DNA of 16,732 bases from Candidatus Micrarchaeia archaeon. Lineage in GTDB: Archaea; Micrarchaeota; Micrarchaeia; Burarchaeales; JAVZCV01. Shown here piece by piece: positions 6,785-15,102 of this stretch (position 1 is the first letter of the stretch; each line of letters opens with the position of its first letter). The DNA lies in NCBI GenBank assembly GCA_038874215.1, contig JAVZCV010000025.1, positions 1-16,732 of the forward strand, written 5' to 3'. Below the pieces are notes generated by a model. The model was not told the DNA's origin and made no database searches. It saw only the letters and a list, made by a program, of their open reading frames with translations. A program made the translations under genes and the position numbers.

Positions 6785-7381
6785 TTGCCCGATGGACTTA
6801 CGAATATAAAAGATATAAAACTGAAAATCCGTGCTCTTGTAGCACGTGCCGCAAAAATCGGCACGATAGGCTCAATCAGCAACGTTGCCGAAGGCATAAC
6901 AAAGCAGGTCGGCGTTTTGGATGAGGCGTGGGTGCAATACACAACCATTGCGCTTAACAACAGCCTTAACGAGGGCTTTTTCAAAAAAATCCCAAAATCA
7001 CAGCGGATGGTTTTCATACCCCACTGCCTGCGAAATACTGCCAAATGCAAGGCTACTTACGATGAAGAGGGCCTTCACTGCGTCGCTGGATGTAGGGAAT
7101 GCAAGATAGCAGAAATAATAGCGGCTTGCGAAAAAAACGGAATGAGGTATTTCGTCGTAGGGGGCGGCCAGCAGGTAATAAACCTCATCAAAAAATACGA
7201 ACCCAAAGCCGTTATCGGAATTGCCTGCTTCCCAGAGATAAAAATGGGATTGGAAAGAGTCACGATACCCGCACAGGCAGTTCTGCTTAGAAAAGCGGGC
7301 TGCGCAAACACCGATGTTGATCTCTGGGAAATACTTGAAAAGATAGATATGGAGGAGAACCCAAACGGAGAGAAGCAGTAG
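6785..7381 (+). CDS. DUF116 family Cys-rich (probable metal/Fe-S binding) protein
   Basis: Contains FIPHCLR...C, C...C..CKI, GGG, AVIGIAC and C.NTDVD motifs. The TTG start has a GGTGA SD overlapping the flpA stop. Confidence 0.85.
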   Translation: MPDGLTNIKDIKLKIRALVARAAKIGTIGSISNVAEGITKQVGVLDEAWVQYTTIALNNSLNEGFFKKIPKSQRMVFIPHCLRNTAKCKATYDEEGLHCVAGCRECKIAEIIAACEKNGMRYFVVGGGQQVINLIKKYEPKAVIGIACFPEIKMGLERVTIPAQAVLLRKAGCANTDVDLWEILEKIDMEENPNGEKQ

Positions 7382-7410
7382 TTGCCCCTGAATTACGCGT
7401 TTTGCACTTC

Positions 7411-8382
7411 CTACCATCTGCACTGCGTTATGTTCGGATAAGCCCAGCAGATGGCATTCTCAATCGTGCTCGGGCTTGCAAGATATTTGCAGTTAACAAG
7501 AATTGCTGGAGTCGTAATCTGCTGCATGTATGTCTCAGCTAGTTTGTTGCCGAACCGCAATTCTTCATCTATCCGTGGCAGGCACTCGTCCATCTTTGTT
7601 ATGTTCAAGCCCGTCTTCACAGAGCATTGAATAAGCTCCGCCTCAGAAAGTGGTATCCCAGTGTGGTTCATATAGCGCTCCCCCACACAGTCAAGGAACT
7701 CGTGAATCTTGTTCTGTTTTTGTGAGCATAAAACATATTTGCTTGCAAGCTCAACACGCGACGCATCAAAACTCTTCATAAGATTAAGAGAAGAGGTATA
7801 TGCCACATAATATTCAAACGACGCATTATACTTCATTATAATTGGTTTAATTCTCTCCTGCGATTCAATGCAGTAAATACAATATGGGTCTGAAAACTCA
7901 ATTATCCTGAGCTTCTCACTTTCATTGCACTCCACTTTTTCAAGTTGAACAACACCTGAGGGAATAGTAAGAAGCGGAACGGGCGCATACATCCCATACA
8001 CGGAGAGGTTTTCATCATACAGCTCTACAATTATCCCCCTTTCTTTTCCTGCTGAATAAAAGCTCACGTTTATATGCCACTTCCCGCTTTCATAAACTGA
8101 TTCAGAGTGCGCATGCGGAGTTATCCCATAGTAAAGCCAGAGATAATGGTCAAGAGCCCTTACAACTTCATAATCCTTATGCACAGGCCCACCTTCCATC
8201 GTCTGATTATTCCCATGCATATCTGTGGGCTTTCCAGCATAAAACTTCTGGTAAACGAAAAATGCGAGCGAGCATAGGAGAAGAATTATAAGAAAGGGTA
8301 TGAAGATTCGCGGTGAACTTATGATTTCAAAATACGACGTTGTTTCTTTTACTACTTTCTCCTCTTTTTTCTTCTTTTCCAT
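7411..8382 (-). CDS. Membrane-anchored thioredoxin-fold (DsbA-like) protein with extra cysteines
   Basis: N-terminal TM, IIEFSDPYCIYC active site and TTP cis-Pro loop. The ATG at 8382 has a GGTGG SD. Confidence 0.8.
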   Translation of the reverse strand: MEKKKKEEKVVKETTSYFEIISSPRIFIPFLIILLLCSLAFFVYQKFYAGKPTDMHGNNQTMEGGPVHKDYEVVRALDHYLWLYYGITPHAHSESVYESGKWHINVSFYSAGKERGIIVELYDENLSVYGMYAPVPLLTIPSGVVQLEKVECNESEKLRIIEFSDPYCIYCIESQERIKPIIMKYNASFEYYVAYTSSLNLMKSFDASRVELASKYVLCSQKQNKIHEFLDCVGERYMNHTGIPLSEAELIQCSVKTGLNITKMDECLPRIDEELRFGNKLAETYMQQITTPAILVNCKYLASPSTIENAICWAYPNITQCRW

Positions 8383-8400
8383 CAAACCACCAAGCACTGT

Positions 8401-9081
8401 TCATTCAGTCGCACTCAGCCTATTTCCATATATATCAATATAATTTTTTCTGTATTCGTATGATATACGGTGAGTTTCCTTCTCAAATACCTTTTTCCCG
8501 TTTTTAATTATTGCGAGATGGGTTCCTATACCGTCAAAATCGTCAAGCCTGTGCGTCGCCAACACTATCGTCTTGTCGTGTTTTATATGTGCTACCAGTT
8601 CTACGATCGCATTCACGCTATCTGCATCAAGCCCTGTCGTAGGTTCATCCAACACGAGTAGCGATGGCTTAGGCAAAAGCGCCATCACAAGCTCGCATCT
8701 TTTTTTCATCCCCTGTGAGAGCTCCCTAATAAGAAAATCAGCCCATCCTTCCATCCCCATCATATGCAAAACGTTTTCAACCCACTTCTTATCTACCCCA
8801 TACATACACCCAAAGAACTCTATATTCTCCCTAACGCTCATATCCTCATAGAGCATTGGATTCTGGCGGCAGTACCCTATTTTCTTAAACGGGTTTATAA
8901 CTCTCCCAGCTGTTGGCGTAATAACTCCTGCAATGATATTGAGGAGTGTCGTCTTGCCCGAGCCATTAGGTCCGCCTATACAATAAACTGCTCCTTCTGG
9001 TATCTCCATTGAAACTCTGTCAAGCGCAACTACATTACCATATCTTTTTGTTACGTTCTCCAAAACTACTCCTCTGCTCAT
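8401..9081 (-). CDS. ABC transporter ATP-binding protein (exporter type)
   Basis: Walker A GPNGSGKT, signature LSQGM, Walker B LLVLDEPT and H-loop ATH. Confidence 0.95.
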   Translation of the reverse strand: MSRGVVLENVTKRYGNVVALDRVSMEIPEGAVYCIGGPNGSGKTTLLNIIAGVITPTAGRVINPFKKIGYCRQNPMLYEDMSVRENIEFFGCMYGVDKKWVENVLHMMGMEGWADFLIRELSQGMKKRCELVMALLPKPSLLVLDEPTTGLDADSVNAIVELVAHIKHDKTIVLATHRLDDFDGIGTHLAIIKNGKKVFEKETHRISYEYRKNYIDIYGNRLSATE

Positions 9082-10139
9082 CTATACCTACCCATAACAT
9101 ACACTGTCATAACGAACAAAACCAGAGCCGTTATCGTTATTATGCCAACATAGTCATAAAAAATAGCGAGAGGGGCCTCTCTAATTGCAAAAGAACGCAT
9201 GAGAATAGCTGAGTAGTAGGTGGGCATGAACTTTGGTATCGTTTGAAGGATGTCCCCGAAAACGGGCAGGCGTGGTAGGAATCCAACAGGGTAGAATAAG
9301 CCTGAAAAAACGAGAAGAAAACCAGCGAGAAGCACATTCAAAACCTGGCCCGCAATTGAAAAACGGGAAAGAAAGGAGACGAGAAGACCTGTTAATGAGA
9401 GATATACGCATGTGATAAAAAGCGTTATCAGGAATGTGCCATCTATTTTTATTAGAGGCAGCCCAAAAAAATACTCTGTGAGCAGCAAAAGAATAGTTTG
9501 AATTAGGACTATCGCGAATGCGAAAACCATCTTTGAAATCACGATATGTATTGGGCTGGCAATCGTCGTAAGTCTGCTGTAAACCAACCAATCCTTCCTC
9601 GTTGTGAAGGGAACAATAAGCAGGCCCGTAATGATTGCGAAAAGAAGGATTATTCCAGGCGTGAAAAACTGGTTCGGGAGCACGGGCGTTCCAAACCCTT
9701 TCACGTATATTTTGGGCACATGCGAAAAGTGCGTTGTTAGTTCATACATAATTATCTCCACCGCATACGTTGATAGTTCATACACGGGGGACATGGCGTT
9801 ATCTATGTAAATCGTCACGTTGCCCGCTCCTTTTGATATACCTTCACTCACCCCGACTATGAAATACAACTCCTCTCTGTAAAGCTTTGCTTCGCTTATC
9901 TCGTTTTCTATGCGCACATTGGAAAAAAGCGATACTACGGCGCTCGCAAACCTCACATCCTCCTCGTTTCCTCCAACCGAAACAACAGCAGATGGCGCGC
10001 TTTTCGGGACTATCTGCTTAAAAGTTCCAAAAAGAACACCGAATGTTATTGGGATTAATATAAGAAGCGATAGAAAAACAACACTGCGTTTCGCAGAATT
10101 AACTTCAAGCATGAGGAGGTTTGCCACTTTTTTCGGCAT
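9078..10139 (-). CDS. ABC-2 type transporter permease
   Basis: One N-terminal TM, an extracellular loop and five further TMs, with FSGLFYP and P...PTYY motifs. ATGA overlap with the ATPase gene. The start is probably ATG 10139 (alternative 10166). Confidence 0.9.
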   Translation of the reverse strand: MPKKVANLLMLEVNSAKRSVVFLSLLILIPITFGVLFGTFKQIVPKSAPSAVVSVGGNEEDVRFASAVVSLFSNVRIENEISEAKLYREELYFIVGVSEGISKGAGNVTIYIDNAMSPVYELSTYAVEIIMYELTTHFSHVPKIYVKGFGTPVLPNQFFTPGIILLFAIITGLLIVPFTTRKDWLVYSRLTTIASPIHIVISKMVFAFAIVLIQTILLLLTEYFFGLPLIKIDGTFLITLFITCVYLSLTGLLVSFLSRFSIAGQVLNVLLAGFLLVFSGLFYPVGFLPRLPVFGDILQTIPKFMPTYYSAILMRSFAIREAPLAIFYDYVGIITITALVLFVMTVYVMGRYR

Positions 10140-10221
10140 TTTACCGCCTTCACTATTTTGGCACACTATTTAAAATTGAAAAAAGTTTATTAGCGTATCA
10201 TCCGAAACGTAATCGGTTTTT

Positions 10222-11649
10222 ATGACTGGCAGAAGCGGAAAAATAAAAGTTTATAACAGCTTGACGAAAAAACTGGAGCCTTTTGTTCCGTTGCGCGACG
10301 AAGTTGGAATATATGTGTGCGGCGTAACCCCATACGACTACATACACCTCGGGCATGCTCGCACATATATTGCCTTTGACATAATAATACGCTACCTGCG
10401 TTATAAAGGATACAAAGTTCGCTACGTGCAGAACATAACGGATATAGACGACAAGATAATAAAGCGCGCGCGCGATGAAAAGCGAGATCCGTTAGAGTTA
10501 TCAAAAACGTTTTCAGAGATGGCTCTTGAAGACATGGACCAGCTTAAAATAAAGCGCGCCGACTTCTACCCCAAAGTTTCAGGGCATATCCCAGAGATAA
10601 TCTCGCTCATAGAGCGATTGATTGATAAAGGATATGCATACGTCTCACAGGGAAGTGTATATTACGATGTCTCAAAATTCGCCGACTACGGGAAGCTTTC
10701 GGGGCAGAAGCTTGATGAAATAAAAGCAGGCGCACGGGTTGAGCCTGGTGAGGACAAGCGGAGTCCTGAGGATTTCGCCCTTTGGAAGAAAGCGAAAGAA
10801 GGCGAAATCTCTTTTGATAGCCCGTGGGGGCGCGGCAGACCCGGCTGGCATATAGAATGCTCCGCAATGTCAATGAAATATCTTGGCGAAACCTTTGATA
10901 TACATGGTGGAGGACGAGACCTAATCTTTCCTCATCATGAAAACGAAATTGCGCAGAGCGAAGCAGCAACTGGGAAGCAATTCGTTCGCTACTGGATGCA
11001 CACAGGGTTCCTAACAGTAAACGGAGAGAAGATGGCGAAATCTCTCAACAATTTCATAACGGTGAGAGATGCGCTCAGGGAACATGACCCTGAAGCAATA
11101 AGATTGTTCTTCGCCCTGACGCACTACCGCTCCCCTATAGATTACAGCGTCTCAAGCCTTAGGCAGGCGAACAACTCATTGCAAACATTGTACAACACAC
11201 TTGAAAACAGCAAGGCTGCTCTTAGGCATGCCCACGAAGGAAAAAGGGATACTGATTTTGAGAGAGACATCAGCAATGAGAAAAAGAAATTCATCGCCGC
11301 AATGGACAACGATTTCAATACGCCTCTCGCTCTTTCCTCGGTTTTTGCTGTTTCTAAAAAAATAAACCAGTACATAACTGGGGAAGTCTGCAGGGAGTCC
11401 TTGGAGATGGCAGTGGCAACTTTGAAGGAGATGTGCGGCATATTCGGCATTTTAGAGAATGATGGGAAAAAAGCGCGGTTGAAAGAAGGAATAAATGAGG
11501 AGCTACTTAAATTAATTTTGGAGCTTCGCAAACTCGCACGGGAGAATAAGGATTACGAAACAAGCGACATGATACGTGCTCGCCTCAAAGAGCTTGGAAT
11601 AACATTAGAAGATAAGAGCGACGGGAGTACTGAATGGAAGATAGGATGA
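10222..11649 (+). CDS. cysS: Cysteine--tRNA ligase
   Basis: Contains YVCGVTPYDYIHLGHAR (HIGH), NITDIDDKII, DFALWK, GRPGWHIECSAM, HGGG.DLIFPHHENE and KMAKS (KMSKS). Confidence 0.98.
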   Translation: MTGRSGKIKVYNSLTKKLEPFVPLRDEVGIYVCGVTPYDYIHLGHARTYIAFDIIIRYLRYKGYKVRYVQNITDIDDKIIKRARDEKRDPLELSKTFSEMALEDMDQLKIKRADFYPKVSGHIPEIISLIERLIDKGYAYVSQGSVYYDVSKFADYGKLSGQKLDEIKAGARVEPGEDKRSPEDFALWKKAKEGEISFDSPWGRGRPGWHIECSAMSMKYLGETFDIHGGGRDLIFPHHENEIAQSEAATGKQFVRYWMHTGFLTVNGEKMAKSLNNFITVRDALREHDPEAIRLFFALTHYRSPIDYSVSSLRQANNSLQTLYNTLENSKAALRHAHEGKRDTDFERDISNEKKKFIAAMDNDFNTPLALSSVFAVSKKINQYITGEVCRESLEMAVATLKEMCGIFGILENDGKKARLKEGINEELLKLILELRKLARENKDYETSDMIRARLKELGITLEDKSDGSTEWKIG

Positions 11650-11654
11650 TTTAA

Positions 11655-11846
11655 TCAGAATTCAGCAATATCGTCAAGGTCGGTTTCTTCTCCTTCTTCT
11701 TCATCTTCAACCGTCTCAAAATATACCCGATAAGGGGTAACTATCTTAGCGAGCAATTTCAGCCCGCACGAAGGGCAAGCTACAATATCACCTTCTTTCC
11801 CGTCAAACTCAAACTCGCCCCCACATTCATTGCAGCGTACTTTCAT
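11655..11846 (-). CDS. Small acidic zinc-ribbon protein, LysW/ArgW-like
   Basis: MKVRCNECGGEFEF..KEGDIVACPSCGLKL... followed by an acidic tail. The ATG at 11846 has a GGTGG SD. Lacks the C-terminal EDWGE. Confidence 0.75.
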   Translation of the reverse strand: MKVRCNECGGEFEFDGKEGDIVACPSCGLKLLAKIVTPYRVYFETVEDEEEGEETDLDDIAEF

Positions 11847-11871
11847 ATATACCACCGCCGTATATCTAAAC

Positions 11872-12360
11872 ATGCCTGGGTTTTATCAACATATCGCAGT
11901 CGGGCTGTTGTTCGTTGTGGTAGTGCTTTTGTTTCTTCGCCCACAACTTAGCTTCTTCACTTTCGCCACCCTCCTCTTTTTCCTGATCGGGAGTGTCGCA
12001 CCAGACGTGGACCATCCATTTTCAAAACCGCGGAAGTACATCAAATTTGCACTCACCTCCCTGCTTTTTTTATCTTCTCTAATTCTCCTTATATTCCACC
12101 GGAATTCTCTCGTTGTTTTATTTGGCGTCTACTATCCTCTCGCAGCAACCTTCCTCCTTCTTCTGCCCGCTACAACGGGGTGGCTCCTTGATAGCATAAT
12201 CCCCCCTCACCGCGGGTTTATGCATACGATTGCCGGCGCACTACTGTTATCCCTCCTACTTCTCATTCTACTTAGTATAATAGGAATTGAGCAAGCCCTC
12301 TATTTGGCTGTTGCTTTCTTTTTGGGCTACCTTCTCCACATTCTCATTGATTTCGTTTGA
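11872..12360 (+). CDS. Membrane-bound metal-dependent hydrolase (YdjM/DUF457-like)
   Basis: Contains MP....H, PDVDH, HRGFMHT and GYLLHILID motifs with several TM helices. The start is ATG 11872. Confidence 0.88.
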   Translation: MPGFYQHIAVGLLFVVVVLLFLRPQLSFFTFATLLFFLIGSVAPDVDHPFSKPRKYIKFALTSLLFLSSLILLIFHRNSLVVLFGVYYPLAATFLLLLPATTGWLLDSIIPPHRGFMHTIAGALLLSLLLLILLSIIGIEQALYLAVAFFLGYLLHILIDFV

Positions 12361-12416
12361 CAAACGTCATAGATGTAAATATAAACACGAAATGCGTTAA
12401 TATTCTCAGTGATGGC

Positions 12417-13595
12417 ATGTCTGCCATGCAGCGGTTCAATGCTCGTGAATGGGATGCATACCTTCATGCGGTTGGGGACCCAAGGCTAAAGAAAACAGCT
12501 CAGGAAAGAGATGAATACGTTCTTTCTATGTATGCACGGAGAAGCAGGGGGGATTCTGCTGCCGCTGAATGGATTAGGTACTACGAATACTACTCCTCAG
12601 TAGATGTATTGAGAGCATATGCACGTAAGCTTTTTGAGAGAGCTCGTAGGGGGGATGATATAAGCAGGGAGCTCGCAGAATTACGTCATGAGGCGATAGG
12701 AAGAAGAGGAGAAGGAGGAATAAAACTAACTGCCGACAGGGCAAACGAAATACTCATAGAATACGAGAGACTTGCAAGTTTAGGAGGGATGCAACAAATA
12801 CCCAAACCACCACCTACAGCGCCCAAACCGAATTCACAACCAGCTTTACCAAGCCTCTCTACCAGACCCCCAAATCAACCAACCCAAAAGCAATTAACTA
12901 CGCCCAAGCAACCGCAAACAGCCAGCCAACCAGAGATAGAAGTCCCAGATTGGGCAAAGGTGGAAGCTGAGACATATCGGGCAGTTGTACGCTATCTGGC
13001 GAGGTATTATCACATAGAAACCGAAAGAGCACGGCGCATTTTAGGCAACGTGGTTTCACACATTTCTGAAAAATGGGGTGTTCCACGGTTAAGGATGTTA
13101 AAAATTCTTGATGCGATACACATGTTCAACGACCTTGGATTTGACCCGTTTCTTGTTTTGGGAGTATTTGCGCAGGAGAGCGGCTTTAATCCAAACTGCA
13201 TTACACGGAATGATGCCGGTCCTGGCAGGGACAGTATTGGGCTAGGGCAGCTTACACCCGACGAAATATTAAGGGCACGAAGGGAATGGAGAAAAACCAA
13301 GTGGTACAACGGCTCAAACGAGTGGCAGTGGAATGATATCCACCATGCTGTTTGGGGCTGGTTCCTCGTTGCAAAAACAAAGAAGGCTGCACTGGAAAGA
13401 ATGGGCTACCATCCAACGCATCTTCAAATCGTGTCTGCCAACAACGCGGGAGAAGGCGGCGTTAGTAGGGCCATAAGAAAGGGAGGAATTAATTGGATTA
13501 ACAACCTTCCTGGAATAAAAAGGAACCACATCTTGAAGGTTATTGGGTATCATCGCGAGTTTTGTGAAGCTGCAGGAATAAAACCACGTTATTAA
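12417..13595 (+). CDS. Lytic transglycosylase (SLT/lysozyme-like) domain protein with an unknown helical N-terminal domain and Pro/Gln linker
   Basis: Motifs DPFLVLGVFAQESGFNP (catalytic Glu codon 13176-78), SIGLGQLTP (GLxQ) and VSANNAGEGGV (AYNAG-like) occur in canonical order. ATG 12417 is preferred over TTG 12357 because TATAAA lies at about 12380. Confidence 0.8.
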   Translation: MSAMQRFNAREWDAYLHAVGDPRLKKTAQERDEYVLSMYARRSRGDSAAAEWIRYYEYYSSVDVLRAYARKLFERARRGDDISRELAELRHEAIGRRGEGGIKLTADRANEILIEYERLASLGGMQQIPKPPPTAPKPNSQPALPSLSTRPPNQPTQKQLTTPKQPQTASQPEIEVPDWAKVEAETYRAVVRYLARYYHIETERARRILGNVVSHISEKWGVPRLRMLKILDAIHMFNDLGFDPFLVLGVFAQESGFNPNCITRNDAGPGRDSIGLGQLTPDEILRARREWRKTKWYNGSNEWQWNDIHHAVWGWFLVAKTKKAALERMGYHPTHLQIVSANNAGEGGVSRAIRKGGINWINNLPGIKRNHILKVIGYHREFCEAAGIKPRY

Positions 13596-13645
13596 TAATC
13601 CCAGGCACCAGCCAACTCTTTTTAATATTTGACACGCTAAACTCT

Positions 13646-14500
13646 ATGGGTGGTTATTTGCTCAGGCTTGCCATTCCAAATAAGGGCAGACTTTACGAGC
13701 CAAGTGTTGCGATGCTTGAAAAAGCAGGAATGTCTCTGATAGGTGCAGGAAGGATGCTCGTTTGCAGGACATGCGACCCAGAGGTTAGCGTGCTCTTCGT
13801 AAGAGCTGAGGACATACCCCGCTATGTTGAGGTAGGCTCTGCCGATTTGGGAATAACAGGAAAAGACTTAATTGAAGAAAGAGGGGCAAAAGTCGCCGTT
13901 CTTTCGGAACTTGACTATGGCAAATGCCGTGTTGTTCTTGCAGCACCGAAAGGCAGTGCTAAAGTCATCAAGGGAAAAAGGATTGCCACTAAACTTCCAA
14001 ACCTAACGCGAAAATACCTTCGGAAGAAGGGTGTAAGCGCTCAAATAATAGAGGTTTCTGGCGCAACGGAAATTGCCCCATATATGGGCATAGCAGATAT
14101 GATAGTTGACCAAGTTGAGACAGGCCTAACGCTTGAAACGAACAGCCTGGAGATAGTTGATGAGATAATGGCATCTAACGCATGCCTTATAGCGAATAAG
14201 CGCTCTATTGTTGCAAAGAAAGATCAGATTATGGAGATAAAGCTCGCTTTTGACGGAATAATGAGCGCCAAAAGAAAAAAATATCTTATGGCAAACGTAA
14301 CAAGCCGTGCCATTCTTGAAAAGGCAGTCAAAGTGATACCTGCGATGGAAAGCCCAACAGTCCTCCAACTTGCGAAAGAAGGGGAGTATGCAGTGCATGC
14401 CGTTGTTGATGAGAGAGACCTTGGGAAGATTATACGAAGACTTAAAGAGGTAGGCGCAAAAGACATACTGGTTTTAGGGATGGAGCGCGTGATACCGTAG
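13646..14500 (+). CDS. hisG: ATP phosphoribosyltransferase, long form
   Basis: Contains LAIPNKGRL, DLGITGKD, IATK, SGATE and IVDQVETG..L..N.L, plus a C-terminal regulatory domain (PAMESPTV). An alternative TTG start at 13658 has a GGTGG SD. Confidence 0.96.
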   Translation: MGGYLLRLAIPNKGRLYEPSVAMLEKAGMSLIGAGRMLVCRTCDPEVSVLFVRAEDIPRYVEVGSADLGITGKDLIEERGAKVAVLSELDYGKCRVVLAAPKGSAKVIKGKRIATKLPNLTRKYLRKKGVSAQIIEVSGATEIAPYMGIADMIVDQVETGLTLETNSLEIVDEIMASNACLIANKRSIVAKKDQIMEIKLAFDGIMSAKRKKYLMANVTSRAILEKAVKVIPAMESPTVLQLAKEGEYAVHAVVDERDLGKIIRRLKEVGAKDILVLGMERVIP

Positions 14501-14510
14501 CGGTGTGCTG

Positions 14511-15101
14511 ATGATAGCAATAGTTGATTACAACGCAGGCAACATTTGGAGCATAGCAAAGGCACTTATTCATCTGGGGGCTGAGGTTGAAATAACAAAA
14601 TCTGCCGAGGTTTTAGAAAAAGCAGACGGGGTAGTTCTACCTGGCGTGGGTTCTTTTGCAAGAATGAAAGACCTTGAAAGATTGCGCGAGGCACTGGTTT
14701 TTGCTACTTCTGAAAAACCGTTTCTTGGAATATGCTTGGGAATGCAGCTGCTTTTTGAGGAAAGCGAAGAGGCGGATGGCAGGGGCCTAAGCGTATTTGA
14801 GGGGAAGGTTGCACGGCTTCGTGGAAACGTTAAAATACCGCATATCGGCTGGAACAGCGTCCGCATATTAAAGAAAAGCAGGATTATGGAGGGCATTCCT
14901 GATTGTTCTTACTTCTACTTCGTGCACTCATACGCTCCTCCTTTTAAAGAAGAGATAACAGTCGGGGTAACAGAGCATGGTGGGCTATTCCCGTCCGTGA
15001 TAGAAAAGGAAAATGTTTTTGCTTTTCAGTTTCATCCAGAAAAAAGCGGGCAAAATGGTTTAAGGTTGCTTGAAAATTTTGTTAAAATTACAAAGGGTTA
15101 G
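14511..15101 (+). CDS. hisH: Imidazole glycerol phosphate synthase, glutamine amidotransferase subunit
   Basis: Contains IAIVDYNAGN, LPGVGSF, GICLGMQ, PHIGWN, YFVHSY and QFHPEKSG. Confidence 0.97.
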   Translation: MIAIVDYNAGNIWSIAKALIHLGAEVEITKSAEVLEKADGVVLPGVGSFARMKDLERLREALVFATSEKPFLGICLGMQLLFEESEEADGRGLSVFEGKVARLRGNVKIPHIGWNSVRILKKSRIMEGIPDCSYFYFVHSYAPPFKEEITVGVTEHGGLFPSVIEKENVFAFQFHPEKSGQNGLRLLENFVKITKG

Positions 15102-15102
15102 C

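Noticed and set aside
10464-10474. (GC)n dinucleotide run
   Set aside because: It lies in cysS codons for R-A-R-D with the frame intact, and is too short to suggest phase variation.
6763-10969. Short alternative-frame or antisense ORFs over DUF116, the ABC genes and cysS
   Set aside because: They overlap confidently assigned genes and have no motifs or independent expression signals.
12357-12416. N-terminal extension of the SLT protein from TTG 12357
   Set aside because: The region is AT-rich, contains a TATA-like element and looks intergenic. ATG 12417 fits a leaderless start better.
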